Assembly: GCA_964016885.1 (NCBI GenBank)
Contig: OZ024752.1
Location: 16,430,001-16,494,000 of the forward strand
Source: Eledone cirrhosa
Taxonomy: Eukaryota
Length of the DNA stretch: 64,000 nucleotides
Reading direction: 5' to 3'
Positions 49,001-60,151 of the stretch are shown here, one piece after another. How positions within the stretch are numbered: position 1 is the first letter of the stretch; the number at the start of each line of letters is the position of its first letter. A program made the position numbers and the translations under genes. The notes beneath the pieces were generated by a model, which saw only the letters and a program-made list of their open reading frames with translations, had not been told where the DNA came from and searched no databases.

Positions 49001-49975
49001 CACCTACCAACAACCATCTACCACCAACCACCTACCGCCAACCACCTACCAACAACCACCTACCAACAACCACCTACCACCAACCATCTACCAACAACCT
49101 CCTACCACTAACCATCTACCTACAACCACCTACCACTAACCATCTACCTACAACCACCTACCTACAACCACCTACCAACAACCACCTACCACCAACCATC
49201 TACCAACAACCATCTACCTACAACCACCTACCAACAACCACCTACCAACAACCACCTACCACCAACCATCTACCAACAACCACCTACCACTAACCATCTA
49301 CCTACAACCACCTACCACCAACTACCTACCAACAACCATATACCAACAACCACCTACCAACAACCACCTACCAACAACCACCTACCACCAACCACCTACC
49401 AACAACCACCTACCAACAACCACCTACCAACAACCACCTACCACCAACCACCTACCAACAACCACCTACCACCAACCACCTACCACCAACCACCTACCAA
49501 CAACCATCTACCAACAACCACCTACCACCAACCATCTACCTGCAACCATCTATCAACAACCATCTACCAACAACCATCTACCAACAACCATCTACCAACA
49601 ACCACCTACCACCAACCATCTACCAACAACCATCTACCAACAACCACCTACCAACAACCATCTACCAACAACCATCTACCAACAACCACCTACCAACAAC
49701 CACCTACCAACAACCATCTACCACCAACCATCTACCAACAACCTCCTACCTACAACCATCTATCAACAGCCATCTATCAACAGCCATCTACCAACAACCA
49801 TCTACCAACAACCATCTATCAACAACCACCTACCACCAACCATCTACCACCAACCATCTACCAACAACCTCCTACCTACAACCATCTACCTACACCCATC
49901 TACCTACAACCATCTACCTACAACCATCTATCAACAGCCATCTATCAACAGCCATCTACAACGATCTACCAACGA
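7028..49975. repeat. 43-kb satellite of a 14-bp unit ACCA(T/C)CTACCAACA, about 3000 units, with nested higher-order repeats
   Basis: Continuous 14-bp periodicity. The + strand is almost devoid of G. Rare variant units recur at fixed spacings (1484, 1638, 6580/6706, 9058/9184, 3507 bp). Confidence 0.99.
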
Positions 49976-50199
49976 AAACCAGCAGCAAACGAGTTCTTGT
50001 CAAGGAGAAACATTTTAGACGTGATTTTTCCAGGTAAATTGTATTTCATTGAAGATCTATTCCCTATAGCATAGATCTGAGAACTGTGAATGTATTAGCT
50101 GGAACTTCATATAAAGTTTAATTCTATATATATAATGTTAATTTAACTGTAGGGTTTCCATACCTTTTAGCTCGTGATACGTTCTAAAAAATGTCTAAG

Positions 50200-50450
50200 G
50201 GTTGGCGCTTATCCCGGTTTTCGTGACGTTAAGCGACTAAGAGTATAAGAAATCCACCTACCCTCTGGATATGACGCCACGCCATCGCTGGTTAAACTCC
50301 CAGTTACTGCACGTACTCAGCTGAGTATTCTGTAGCAACTTGAAATGAAGTGTTTTGTTCAAGAACACAACACACAACCCAGCCCAGGATTCTAACCCAT
50401 GGCATTATGGTCGAAAGTCCAAGCCACATACCACTAGGTCACGCTCCTCC
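50200..50450 (-). mobile_element. Diverged tRNA-derived SINE, family B (CORE-like domain)
   Basis: The reverse complement has gtgacctagtggt (A-box), gggttagaatcc (B-box) and tgtgttcttgaacaaaacacttcatttc. It is homologous to 63280-63620. Confidence 0.75.
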
Positions 50451-50498
50451 ACTGTGATACCTGGCAAATAATGAGTAGAGGAGGGGATGACAAAATAA

Positions 50499-50711
50499 TG
50501 ATTTCTCATTTAGGCACACAGCAATTTGGGGGGAGGGGAAAGTCGATTATATCAACTCCAGTCTGTTACTGGTACTTTATTTTATTGACCCCATAAGGAT
50601 GAAAGGCAAAGCTGACCTCGGAGAGACTTTAACTTAGAATGTAAATGGCCGTAACTCTATGCTGCTAAGCATTGTGTCCGGCACTCTACCGGTTCGACCA
50701 AACCACTGCCT
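50499..50711 (-). mobile_element. Older SINE family A copy with 17-bp TSD
   Basis: Family A core present. aggggatgacaaaataa is duplicated at 50482-50498 and 50712-50728. Confidence 0.88.
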
Positions 50712-51601
50712 AGGGGATGACAAAATAAAAAATTGGGAAAGTGTCCAAATCAAGTTGTGTATCCTTCGCCCTATTTAAAATAAAAGAACAATTTAATACT
50801 TTAGATAACTTTATTAATATTTAAAAACGGAAACGGAAAGGAAAAGCAAGGGCTCTAGGGTCACAGAAGAATGGGGAAGGGGGAGTGGGAGGGTCATGGG
50901 CTTAGGGCGCGGTGGTGTCAGAGTTTCCGCGGACAAAAGTACAATTAACCAGGAAAATGGTACGAAACCGTTCTTTTTTATCATATTTCGTTTGGAAAAA
51001 CCAGCATCGCATAAATACATAACTTACTCCTGTTTTCTCCTATATTTTTCAACTAATAAGATAATGAATATTAAATATGATAATATATTATTTTATTTTC
51101 GAAGTCGTAACAGCTTTATAGCATAAAACATTTGCCGAATGAAAAGTATTAATACAATAGCACAACCCAATAAAAAGCAATATAACATTGAAGATAAAAA
51201 ACAATTTTAAGCATTTATAGCTGTATTAGCCTATTGTAAATAAGATGAATTGTTCCACAGAATAGAATGGTTGCAAATATTGTACATTGTTATTGCTTTA
51301 TAAAGTCGTTAATATTTGTCTTTATGTTCAGAGTTGACAGCTGTTGCTACAATTATATTGCAATATTTGCTCTGAATGTGTATTAGTTGTGAGTTGTACG
51401 TTCTTTACGATAATGATCTTACATTTCATAGCTGAGAGAACTGAAACTAGCTGCTAATCGCTTCAAACGCAAGAAGAACGATAAAATATTAATTGCGAAC
51501 ATCTAAACACTTGTAAATAGAGGTCAGAGATTCTTAGTAATATGAATATAAGGCATACTTCGAACCGAACATTAAATATTTCTGTCTTTATAAATTTTTT
51601 G

Positions 51602-51647
<46 letters not shown>

Positions 51648-51803
51648 AATATATGTAGACAAATATTTAATTGAAGAAAGTTGGTTGATTGAAAATCTGC
51701 CGATTTTTCTTAACAGTTGTAAAGCACTCCACGTTTTTGTTCATCCGTAGTTTTATTATAATAATAAACAAGAAAGACGGTTTCATTTGTACATCCCAAT
51801 TTA

Positions 51804-51875
51804 TTTTGTTATACGTATTTCAAAGAAGTAAGGCAGTTGTATAACAACTGCGCTACATGTTCTCTTCAGACAAAA
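51804..51875 (-). ncRNA. Minimal type I hammerhead ribozyme with extended stem II
   Basis: Minus strand reads TTTTGT-CTGAAGA-GAA..GCAGTTGT tat ACAACTGC..TTT-GAAA-T-ACGT-A-TA-ACAAAA, overlapping AATAAA. The core is intact and helix III has a palindromic ACGT loop. Confidence 0.8.
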
Positions 51876-51898
51876 ATCTAAATGAGATGTAAATATAA

Positions 51899-51980
51899 AT
51901 TGATATGTTACCGCTGAGCAGTAAGCATATGCTTACTGGTCGGCGAAGTGAATAACATGTATGACCGGTAACATATCAAT
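51899..51980. repeat. Nested inverted repeat
   Basis: Arms attgatatgttaccg / cggtaacatatcaat enclose the perfect palindrome cagtaagcatatgcttactg (51919-51938). Confidence 0.9.
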
Positions 51981-52021
<41 letters not shown>

Positions 52022-52225
52022 GTATAATAAACAATATAATATAATTATCCCATTACCAGAGGTTTCCCGAATAAGACGAATACAAGAAACGTCCGAATTC
52101 GTTGGTCAGACAAGGCAATTTAAAACAGTGAAATATTTGAAAAATCTCCTCAAGAAAGGCAAAAGTTTAACGGGCAAAAAAAAAATATATATATATATAT
52201 AAATAAAAGTAATACAAGAGATATA

Positions 52226-52257
<32 letters not shown>

Positions 52258-52446
52258 TAATTGTTTCTACATTTGGTACAAGGCCATCAATTAACCAGTA
52301 CATTACTGGTACTTTATTTTATCGACCCCGTAAGGATGAAAGGCAAATTTAACCTCGGCGGGATTTGAACTCAGACTGTAAAGGGACGTAACTATGCTGG
52401 AAAGCATGGCGTCCGATCCTCTACCAATACTGCCAATCCACCGCCC
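52258..52446 (-). mobile_element. SINE family A, near full length
   Basis: Colinear with 2189-2375 and 54528-54711. Confidence 0.92.
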
Positions 52447-52447
52447 T

Positions 52448-52635
52448 TTATATATATATAATATATAATACATATATATAATATATAATATATATATAAT
52501 ATATATAATACATATATATATATAATACATATATAATACATATATAATATATATATAATACATATATATATATATATATATATATAATACATATATAATA
52601 CATATATAATATATATATATATATATAATACATAT

Positions 52636-52669
<34 letters not shown>

Positions 52670-53572
52670 ATATATATATATATATAATATATATATATAT
52701 AATATATATATATATATAATATATATATATATATTGTATATATATATATATTGTATATATATATATATATAATATATATATATAATATATATATATTGTA
52801 TATATATATAATATATATATATATATATTGTATATATATATATAATATATATATAGTATATATATATATAATATATATATATATATTGTATATATATATA
52901 TATATATAATATATATATATATAATATATATATATAATATATATATATATTGTATATATATATATATATAATATATATATATAGAATATATATATATATA
53001 ATATATATATATATATTGTATATATAATATATATATATAATATATATATATAATATATATAATACATATATAATATATATATATATATATAATACATATA
53101 TATAATACATATATATAATATATATATAATATATATATATATAATATATATATATAATACATATATATAATATATATATATAATATATATAATATATATA
53201 TAATATATATATATATATAATACATATATATAATACATATATATAATACATATATAATATATATATATATATAATATATATATATAATACATATATAATA
53301 TATATATATAATATATATATATAATATATATGTATAATACATATATATAATATATATATATATAATACATATATAATATATATATATATATCTCATATAT
53401 AATACATATATAATATATATATAATATATAATACATATAATATATAATACATATATAATATATATATATATAATATATAATACATATAATATATATATAT
53501 AATATATAATACATATATAATATATATATATATATAATATATAATACATATATAATATATATATATATATAT
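52448..53572. repeat. Interrupted (TA)n array, about 1.1 kb
   Basis: TA runs punctuated by aa, aatac and ttg. Confidence 0.97.
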
Positions 53573-53876
53573 ATATTGTTATACTTTGGGAGGGTCATGT
53601 TACCAATAAGAAACACACGCACCAGTTGCTTTCACTTCATTTTATTATAATCAATTTATAAATTTAGGAATTTATAAATTTCTGGTTGGTTGGTTGGTTG
53701 GTTCCACAACCAGATAGTTGTTTATATATTAACAACTATCTGGTTGTGGAACCAACCAACCAACCAGAAATTTATAAATTCCTAAATTTATAAATTTATT
53801 GTAATAAATTGAAGTGAAAGCAACTGGTGCGTGTGTTTCTTATTGGCAAAATGACCTTCCCAAAGTATAACAATAT
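53573..53876. repeat. About 300-bp near-perfect palindrome (fold-back duplication of a dispersed repeat end)
   Basis: Arms 53573-53722 and 53731-53876 are reverse complements. A diverged single copy of the arm lies at about 61472-61560. Confidence 0.95.
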
Positions 53877-53924
53877 CGGTTTCAACACACGTTTTCAGAA
53901 TCTTGCTAAACAAATTCAGAAACG

Positions 53925-54133
53925 AAATATATATATATATAATATATAATACATATATAATATATACATATATAATATATATATATATATATATAATATA
54001 TAATATATATATATATATATATAATATATATATACATATATAATATATATATATAATATATATACATATATAATATATACATATATATAATATATAATAC
54101 ATATATATAATATATATATATAATGTATAATAC

Positions 54134-54164
<31 letters not shown>

Positions 54165-54527
54165 TATATAATACATATATAATATATATATATATATATA
54201 ATATATATATATAATATATAATACATATATAATATATATATATATATAATATATATATAATATATATATATATATAATATATAATACATATATAATATAT
54301 ATATATATATAATATATATATATATAATATATATATATAATATATATATATATATAATATAATACATATATAATATATACATATATAATATATAATACAT
54401 ATATAATATATATATTTAATATATATATATATATAATATATATATAATATATATATAATATATAATACATATATAATATATACATATATAATATATAATA
54501 CATATATAATATATACATATATATAAT
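53925..54527. repeat. Interrupted (TA)n array
   Basis: Direct observation. Confidence 0.97.
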
Positions 54528-54711
54528 AGTAATTGTTTCTACTTTTGGCACAAGGCCAGCAATTACCCAGTACACTACTGGTACTTTATTTTATCGACCC
54601 CGTAAGGATGAAAGGCAAAGTTAACCTCGACGGGATTTGAACTCAAACCGTAAAGGGACGTAACTATGCTAGAAAGCATGGCGTCCAACCCTCTACTGAT
54701 ACTGCCAATTC
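54528..54711 (-). mobile_element. SINE family A
   Basis: Colinear with other family A copies. Possible short TSD atagtaat at 54526-54533 and 54712-54719. Confidence 0.92.
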
Positions 54712-54804
54712 ATAGTAATAATAATAAATTTGAAGACTAAAATCCAAAGAGGGCTCAATAGGATAAATATATATCAAATATATAAGAACCGTAGAGCAAA
54801 TATT

Positions 54805-55111
54805 TATTAAAATAACAGATTAAAGTTTAAGCAAAGAATCGCTGCTTACACCCTTCACGGGATCTTCTGAAACTAACAAAGTCAATCTGTAAACGCAGAA
54901 ATGGATATTTAAAAAAAAACATTGCAACCGGGGGAAGACAGGAAGACGATACGTTGGTTCGTGGAAACTTTCGCTGGCAAAGAACGGGAAAAAACGAATA
55001 ATACGTCATTAATAGGAGCGATGAAAAACAATTACGCGCAAAGACAGAACCACGTTTGTGGTATAAAAGAGGTCGTATTCTTTGCTTAAACTTTAATCTG
55101 ATATTTTAATA
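54805..55111 (-). mobile_element. Inverted copy of the sequence at the Penelope-like element's 3' end (pseudo-LTR-like)
   Basis: 54805-55011 is the reverse complement of about 58430-58635, and 55030-55065 matches the reverse complement of 58246-58280. 55077-55111 is an inverted repeat of 54805-54840. Confidence 0.8.
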
Positions 55112-55149
55112 CATATATATAATATATATATATTTATAATATATAATAC

Positions 55150-55212
<63 letters not shown>

Positions 55213-55243
55213 TATATATAGTATATATATATAATATATATAT

Positions 55244-55293
<50 letters not shown>

Positions 55294-55352
55294 ATACATA
55301 TATATATATATATAATATATATATATATAATATATATATATAATACATATAT

Positions 55353-55386
<34 letters not shown>

Positions 55387-55621
55387 ATATATATATATAT
55401 AATATATATATATAATACATATATATATATATATAATATATATATATATAATATATATATATAATACATATATATATATATATAATATATATATATATAA
55501 TATATATAATATATATATATAATATATATAATATATATATATAATACATATATAATATATATATATATAATATATATATATAATACATATATAATATATA
55601 TATATATAATACATATATAAT

Positions 55622-55659
<38 letters not shown>

Positions 55660-55770
55660 ATACATATATATAATATATAATATATATATATATAATATAT
55701 ATATATATATAATATATATATAATATATATATAATATATATATATATAATATATATATGTAATATATAAT

Positions 55771-55802
<32 letters not shown>

Positions 55803-55893
55803 ATATATATATTATATATTACATATATATATTATATATGTATATATTATATATATATATATATAATATATATATGTAATATATATATATAAT

Positions 55894-55927
<34 letters not shown>

Positions 55928-55973
55928 ATATATATATATATATATAATATAGATATATATATATATAATATAG

Positions 55974-56006
<33 letters not shown>

Positions 56007-56144
56007 TATAGATATATATATTATAGATATATATATTATATATATATATAATATAGATATATATATTATAGATATATATATTATATATATATATAATATA
56101 GATATATATATTATATATATATAATATATATATATAATATATAT
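55112..56144. repeat. Interrupted (TA)n array, about 1 kb
   Basis: Direct observation. Confidence 0.97.
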
Positions 56145-57645
56145 TTAGGTAGACTTAGTAAAACGATTCTTGATAGAATTATACCTGAAATTAGAAATTT
56201 GGCCCCTCTCGCACTGTGGAACAATTCTTTAGCGGTGATTGATTGGTTCAACGGCATATGTAACAAGGAACATTGCCGTTTTATCCAATTCGACATCAAC
56301 AATTACTACTCCTCCATCACTTTACCACTTCTCCTTAGAGCTATCAATTTCGCTAAAACACTCACAGTGGTTAAGGATTTTGAAGTTGATGTCATCCTTA
56401 ATGCCCGAAAGTCGGTGATTAATTTCGACGACTCTATTTGGATTAAAAAATCCAATAGTAGCCCATTCGACGTTAGTATGGGCGCCAGTGACTCTGCGGA
56501 GGTTACTGATCTTATTGGCCTTTTCCTTCTTTTCTCTATCAAGGACGAATTCCCCAACGCGGGCGGTGGTTTGTACCGTGACGATGGTCTTTTGACCATG
56601 ACTAAGTGCGGACCTCGTGCTTGCGACAGGTTCAGAAAAGAACTCACAGCCTTCTTTAAAGGCTTCAACCTCTCTATACAGGTTGAGGCCAATCTCTCGG
56701 TCGTTAATTACCTCGACGTTACCCTCAATTTATTGAATGGGTTGTATTACCCGTATAGAAAGCCGAATGATACGCTTAATTACATAAGTAAGCATTCCAA
56801 CCATCCTGTCAGCATAACCAAGAACCTGGTAAGAAACGTTTCGTTGAGGCTTTCCCGTCTTTCCACCAACGAGCGCATTTTCAACGACCATTCCACTTAT
56901 TACAATGAAGCTCTTGCTCGAAGTGGATTTGTCGATAAGGTAGCATATACAGAGTACGTAAATAGACCTAGAAGAAATATATCTCGTCGCATTTGTTGGT
57001 TTAACCCACCATATAATATGGAGGTGGCCACACCATTAGCTAAGATCTTTCTTTCCCTTATTACGAAGCATTTTCCCCCTACACATAAATATAGTAAAAT
57101 TTTTAATAGAAATACTATTAAAATTTCTTACTCTACGACTCCTAACCTTGCACATAACATCACAGCTTGAAATTTAGCTAAACTACCCAGCCGTAGGAAC
57201 ATGTGCAACCCTGTAGTTAGTACTAACTGTAATTGTAGGAATCGGGCTGATTGCCCCCTATCCGGGAAATGCCTCTCTAGTAACATTGTCTACAAATGTA
57301 AGGGCCTACATAGGGTTAACCGCCAACAGTTTCAAGCAGCGTCTTTACATGCATACTCATTCTTTTCGTTACCCTCTAAGAAGGAATATGACGTCACTTT
57401 CAGCTTATATCTGGAGTCTAAAAGACAACCACACCCAATATAAGTTACACTGGGAGATCCTAGCTAGGGCTAGATCGTATAACGGAAATAAAAGACCATG
57501 TGACCTCTGCGCCGCTGAGGCCCTGGAAATACTCTACGCTACAGACCACATCTTAAACAAAAAATCTGAGGCAATTTCGGCTTGTAAACATAAATTGCAC
57601 AAAACTTTCCTGTATTACAGCCCCACGTTATACCCTAACGGATAG
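56145..57645 (+). pseudogene. 5'-truncated Penelope-like (Naiad-type) reverse transcriptase + GIY-YIG endonuclease ORF
   Basis: RT motifs: QFDINNYYSSI, SMGASDSAEV, LYRDDGL, NYLDVTL, YRKP..YI..HSNHP, WFNPPY, KISYS. Linker CNCRNRADCPLSGKC (CxCx5C). Endonuclease motifs: IVYKC...YIGLT..FKQR..H, CDLC..E, LNKKSE..CKH. There is an in-frame TGA at 57168-57170 and a frameshift near 57300. Confidence 0.93.
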
Positions 57646-58369
57646 CACGATCTATACGTGGATATTTTACGTCTTGATGTGGGAGCTAAGTATATGTTTT
57701 GTTTATTCCTTTACTTATTTGCATAGGTAAGTATTATCACCCGTATGTTTTGTGAAGGTATGTATACCTTCTCGTACGTATATTTAACTGTTATAGCGTA
57801 TAATTTTTACATATTCTGGTATTTAGGGTTTGGCTATGTGTATACGGGAGTTTTGCGTCCGCGTGAGTGTGCAGGTTCGTACGTATGGTGGGCGTGTGTA
57901 TATGTGTACTTCTTGTTTTAGTTGACTTACGTCTCCAAACATTCGTGTATTTATATGTAGGTATGCGTGTGCGCTTGTTATATACGTATTTATTTACTTA
58001 TATACGTTTATATAATTATTTATTTATTTGTACACAAGCATACACACACACACATATTTATATGTGCGTGGTTTTGTATACACATGGTAAGGTTTTGCGT
58101 ATGCTTGTGTATGTACGTATCTGTTTGCGTGTATGTATTTATTTGTTTCTATTACCTCTGTATTGTATTTATTTACTTTGTTCTTAACTCTGTAGCGGAG
58201 ATTCATTTGGTCTCCTTGTTAGAATTTTAGTCTACGATTTCTGCTATACCATTTACGTGGTTTTGTCTTTGCGTGCTATTGTTCTCCACGCTCCACATAT
58301 GACTTATTATCTTCGTTGTTTCGTTCATTGCCAGAGAACGTATCTATACACCACCTAAGAGATCATTAG

Positions 58370-58573
58370 TCTGAAACTAACAAAGTCAATCTGTAAACGC
58401 AGAACTGGATATTTCAAAAAACGTTGCAATTAATGACGTATTATTCGTTTTTTCCCGTTCTTGCCAGCGAACGTTACCACGAACCAACGTATCGTCTTCC
58501 TGTCTTCCTCCGGTTGCAACGTTTTTTGAAATATCCAGTTCTGCGTTTACAGATTGACTTTGTTAGTTTCAGA
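58370..58573. repeat. 60-bp inverted repeat in the PLE 3' region
   Basis: tctgaaactaac...aaaacgttgcaa (58370-58429) versus ttgcaacgtttt...gttagtttcaga (58514-58573). Confidence 0.93.
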
Positions 58574-58635
58574 AGATCCCGTTAAGGGTGAAAGCAGCGA
58601 TTCTTTGCTTAAACTTTAATCTGTTATTTTAATAA

Positions 58636-58843
58636 ATATAATATATATATATATAATATATATATATATAATATATATATATATAATACATATATAATAT
58701 ATATATATATATATACATATATAATATATATATATATACATATATAATATATATATATATAATACATATATAATATATATATATATAATACATATATAAT
58801 ATATATATATATAATACATATATAATATATATATATATAATAT

Positions 58844-58892
<49 letters not shown>

Positions 58893-58997
58893 TATATATA
58901 TATATATATATGTATATATATTATATATATATATATGTATATATATTATATATATATATATATTATATATATATATATTATATATATATATATATAT

Positions 58998-59045
<48 letters not shown>

Positions 59046-59104
59046 TATATATAAATATAATATATATATATATAATATATATATATATATTATATATATA
59101 TATA
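58636..59104. repeat. Interrupted (TA)n array
   Basis: Direct observation. Confidence 0.97.
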
Positions 59105-59314
59105 AAAAGAAAAAAGATGAAATCGAAAATGCAACTGGAGTCGTTTTTTTTTAAATATATTTATTTGGTTCCTTTACGGTTTCGCAGTTCTTGTGCTTTT
59201 CAAAATTAGAATTGAAACGGTGGGTTGTGGCTTTTCTCACATCTGGTTGATGTTTGAATGTTACTTCTGTTTTATATGGAAAAATGTGGCTCGAAATACT
59301 AGGTTTTTAGAGAA

Positions 59315-59612
59315 TTAATTTGGTTGGTTGATGACTGTCATATGAATAAGTATTATAAATTTCGCGCCAGATTGCGTTACAAAGTTCCTATTATATTTGC
59401 TTTCAAAAAAAGGGGGCCTCAGATTGTTTTTTCATATATGAGTGATGTTTGGTTGGTTGATGCAGTCACATGAATAAGCACATCAGCTTTCGCGTCAGTT
59501 TGTGTTTGAATTTCTTTTTACTTTAAAAAAAGGCTCACGAAGGCTTTTTTTATAAATGTAATTTGATTGGTTATAACTGTCAAGTGAACAAGTACATTAA
59601 ATTTCGCGCCCC
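59315..59612. repeat. Three diverged copies of an approximately 50-bp motif at 115-130 bp spacing
   Basis: tttggttggttgatg..gtca.atgaataag......tttcgcg(c/t)c at about 59318, 59448 and 59562. Confidence 0.8.
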
Positions 59613-60151
59613 TATTTTGGAATTTTTTTTATTTGTAGCCATTTAGAGAATGTTGTGCCAAACATAAGATAATGGTCAAGAAAAACGGGATGGGGAGAAT
59701 TGTTCTGGTTCAGTGAATATGGCTGATGTGCTGGGGTGTCAGAATTCAGACTTTCTATTGAAATAAAGAAAGTAGAGATATGTATGTTTATTTGTGTGCT
59801 TGTGTGTGTGTAGGAAGATGATTCTATTAGTAGAAATGGGGGAAGGAGTTGTGTGTGTGCGTGTATGGCTGTTATATGTGTGTGTGGGGGAGTATGGTTA
59901 GCATGTTAAGATGGAGAGAATATATACATTTTTTTGTGTGTGTAGGAAAATGATTCCGTTAGTAGAAATCAGGGGTGTGGTTAGCATGTTAAGGTATTAG
60001 AGTATTAATCTGTGTTAAGGTTTAATTAGCTCTGGTTTTTATTTTCGAAAATAGAATGTGTTATGTGTGTTTCTATGTGTCTGTTTGGATGGTTAGCATG
60101 GTATAGTGTTGACATAATGTATATTAAACTAAATTAAACTATAATGCTGGT

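Larger units (their letters stand above)
51643..51982 (-). mobile_element. Short Penelope-like terminal fragment between two (TA)n tracts
   Basis: Carries a hammerhead followed by AATAAA on the minus strand and is bracketed by (TA)n at 51604-51642 and 51983-52020. Confidence 0.55.
56145..58635 (+). mobile_element. Penelope-like retroelement inserted in a (TA)n tract
   Basis: The ORF above plus about 1 kb of 3' region, with TA arrays directly abutting both ends. Confidence 0.85.

Noticed and set aside
7028-49975. True telomere
   Set aside because: The array is flanked by non-array sequence on both sides, its units are heterogeneous with HORs, and the motif is not TTAGGG.
53860-53910. Minus-strand ctgaaaa…gaaac…gtt hammerhead-like string
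   Set aside because: The core has a mismatch and stems I and II pair poorly.
52303-55665. Long Ile/Tyr ORFs
   Set aside because: They are translations of (TA)n arrays.
57750-57780. Hairpin gaaggtatgtataccttc as a SECIS element
   Set aside because: It is too short and lacks the apical AA and the tandem GA quartet geometry.
58350-58395. Hammerhead-like cctaagagatc…tctgaaactaacaaagtc
   Set aside because: GAAAC…GTC is present, but there is no intact CUGANGA and no convincing stem I.
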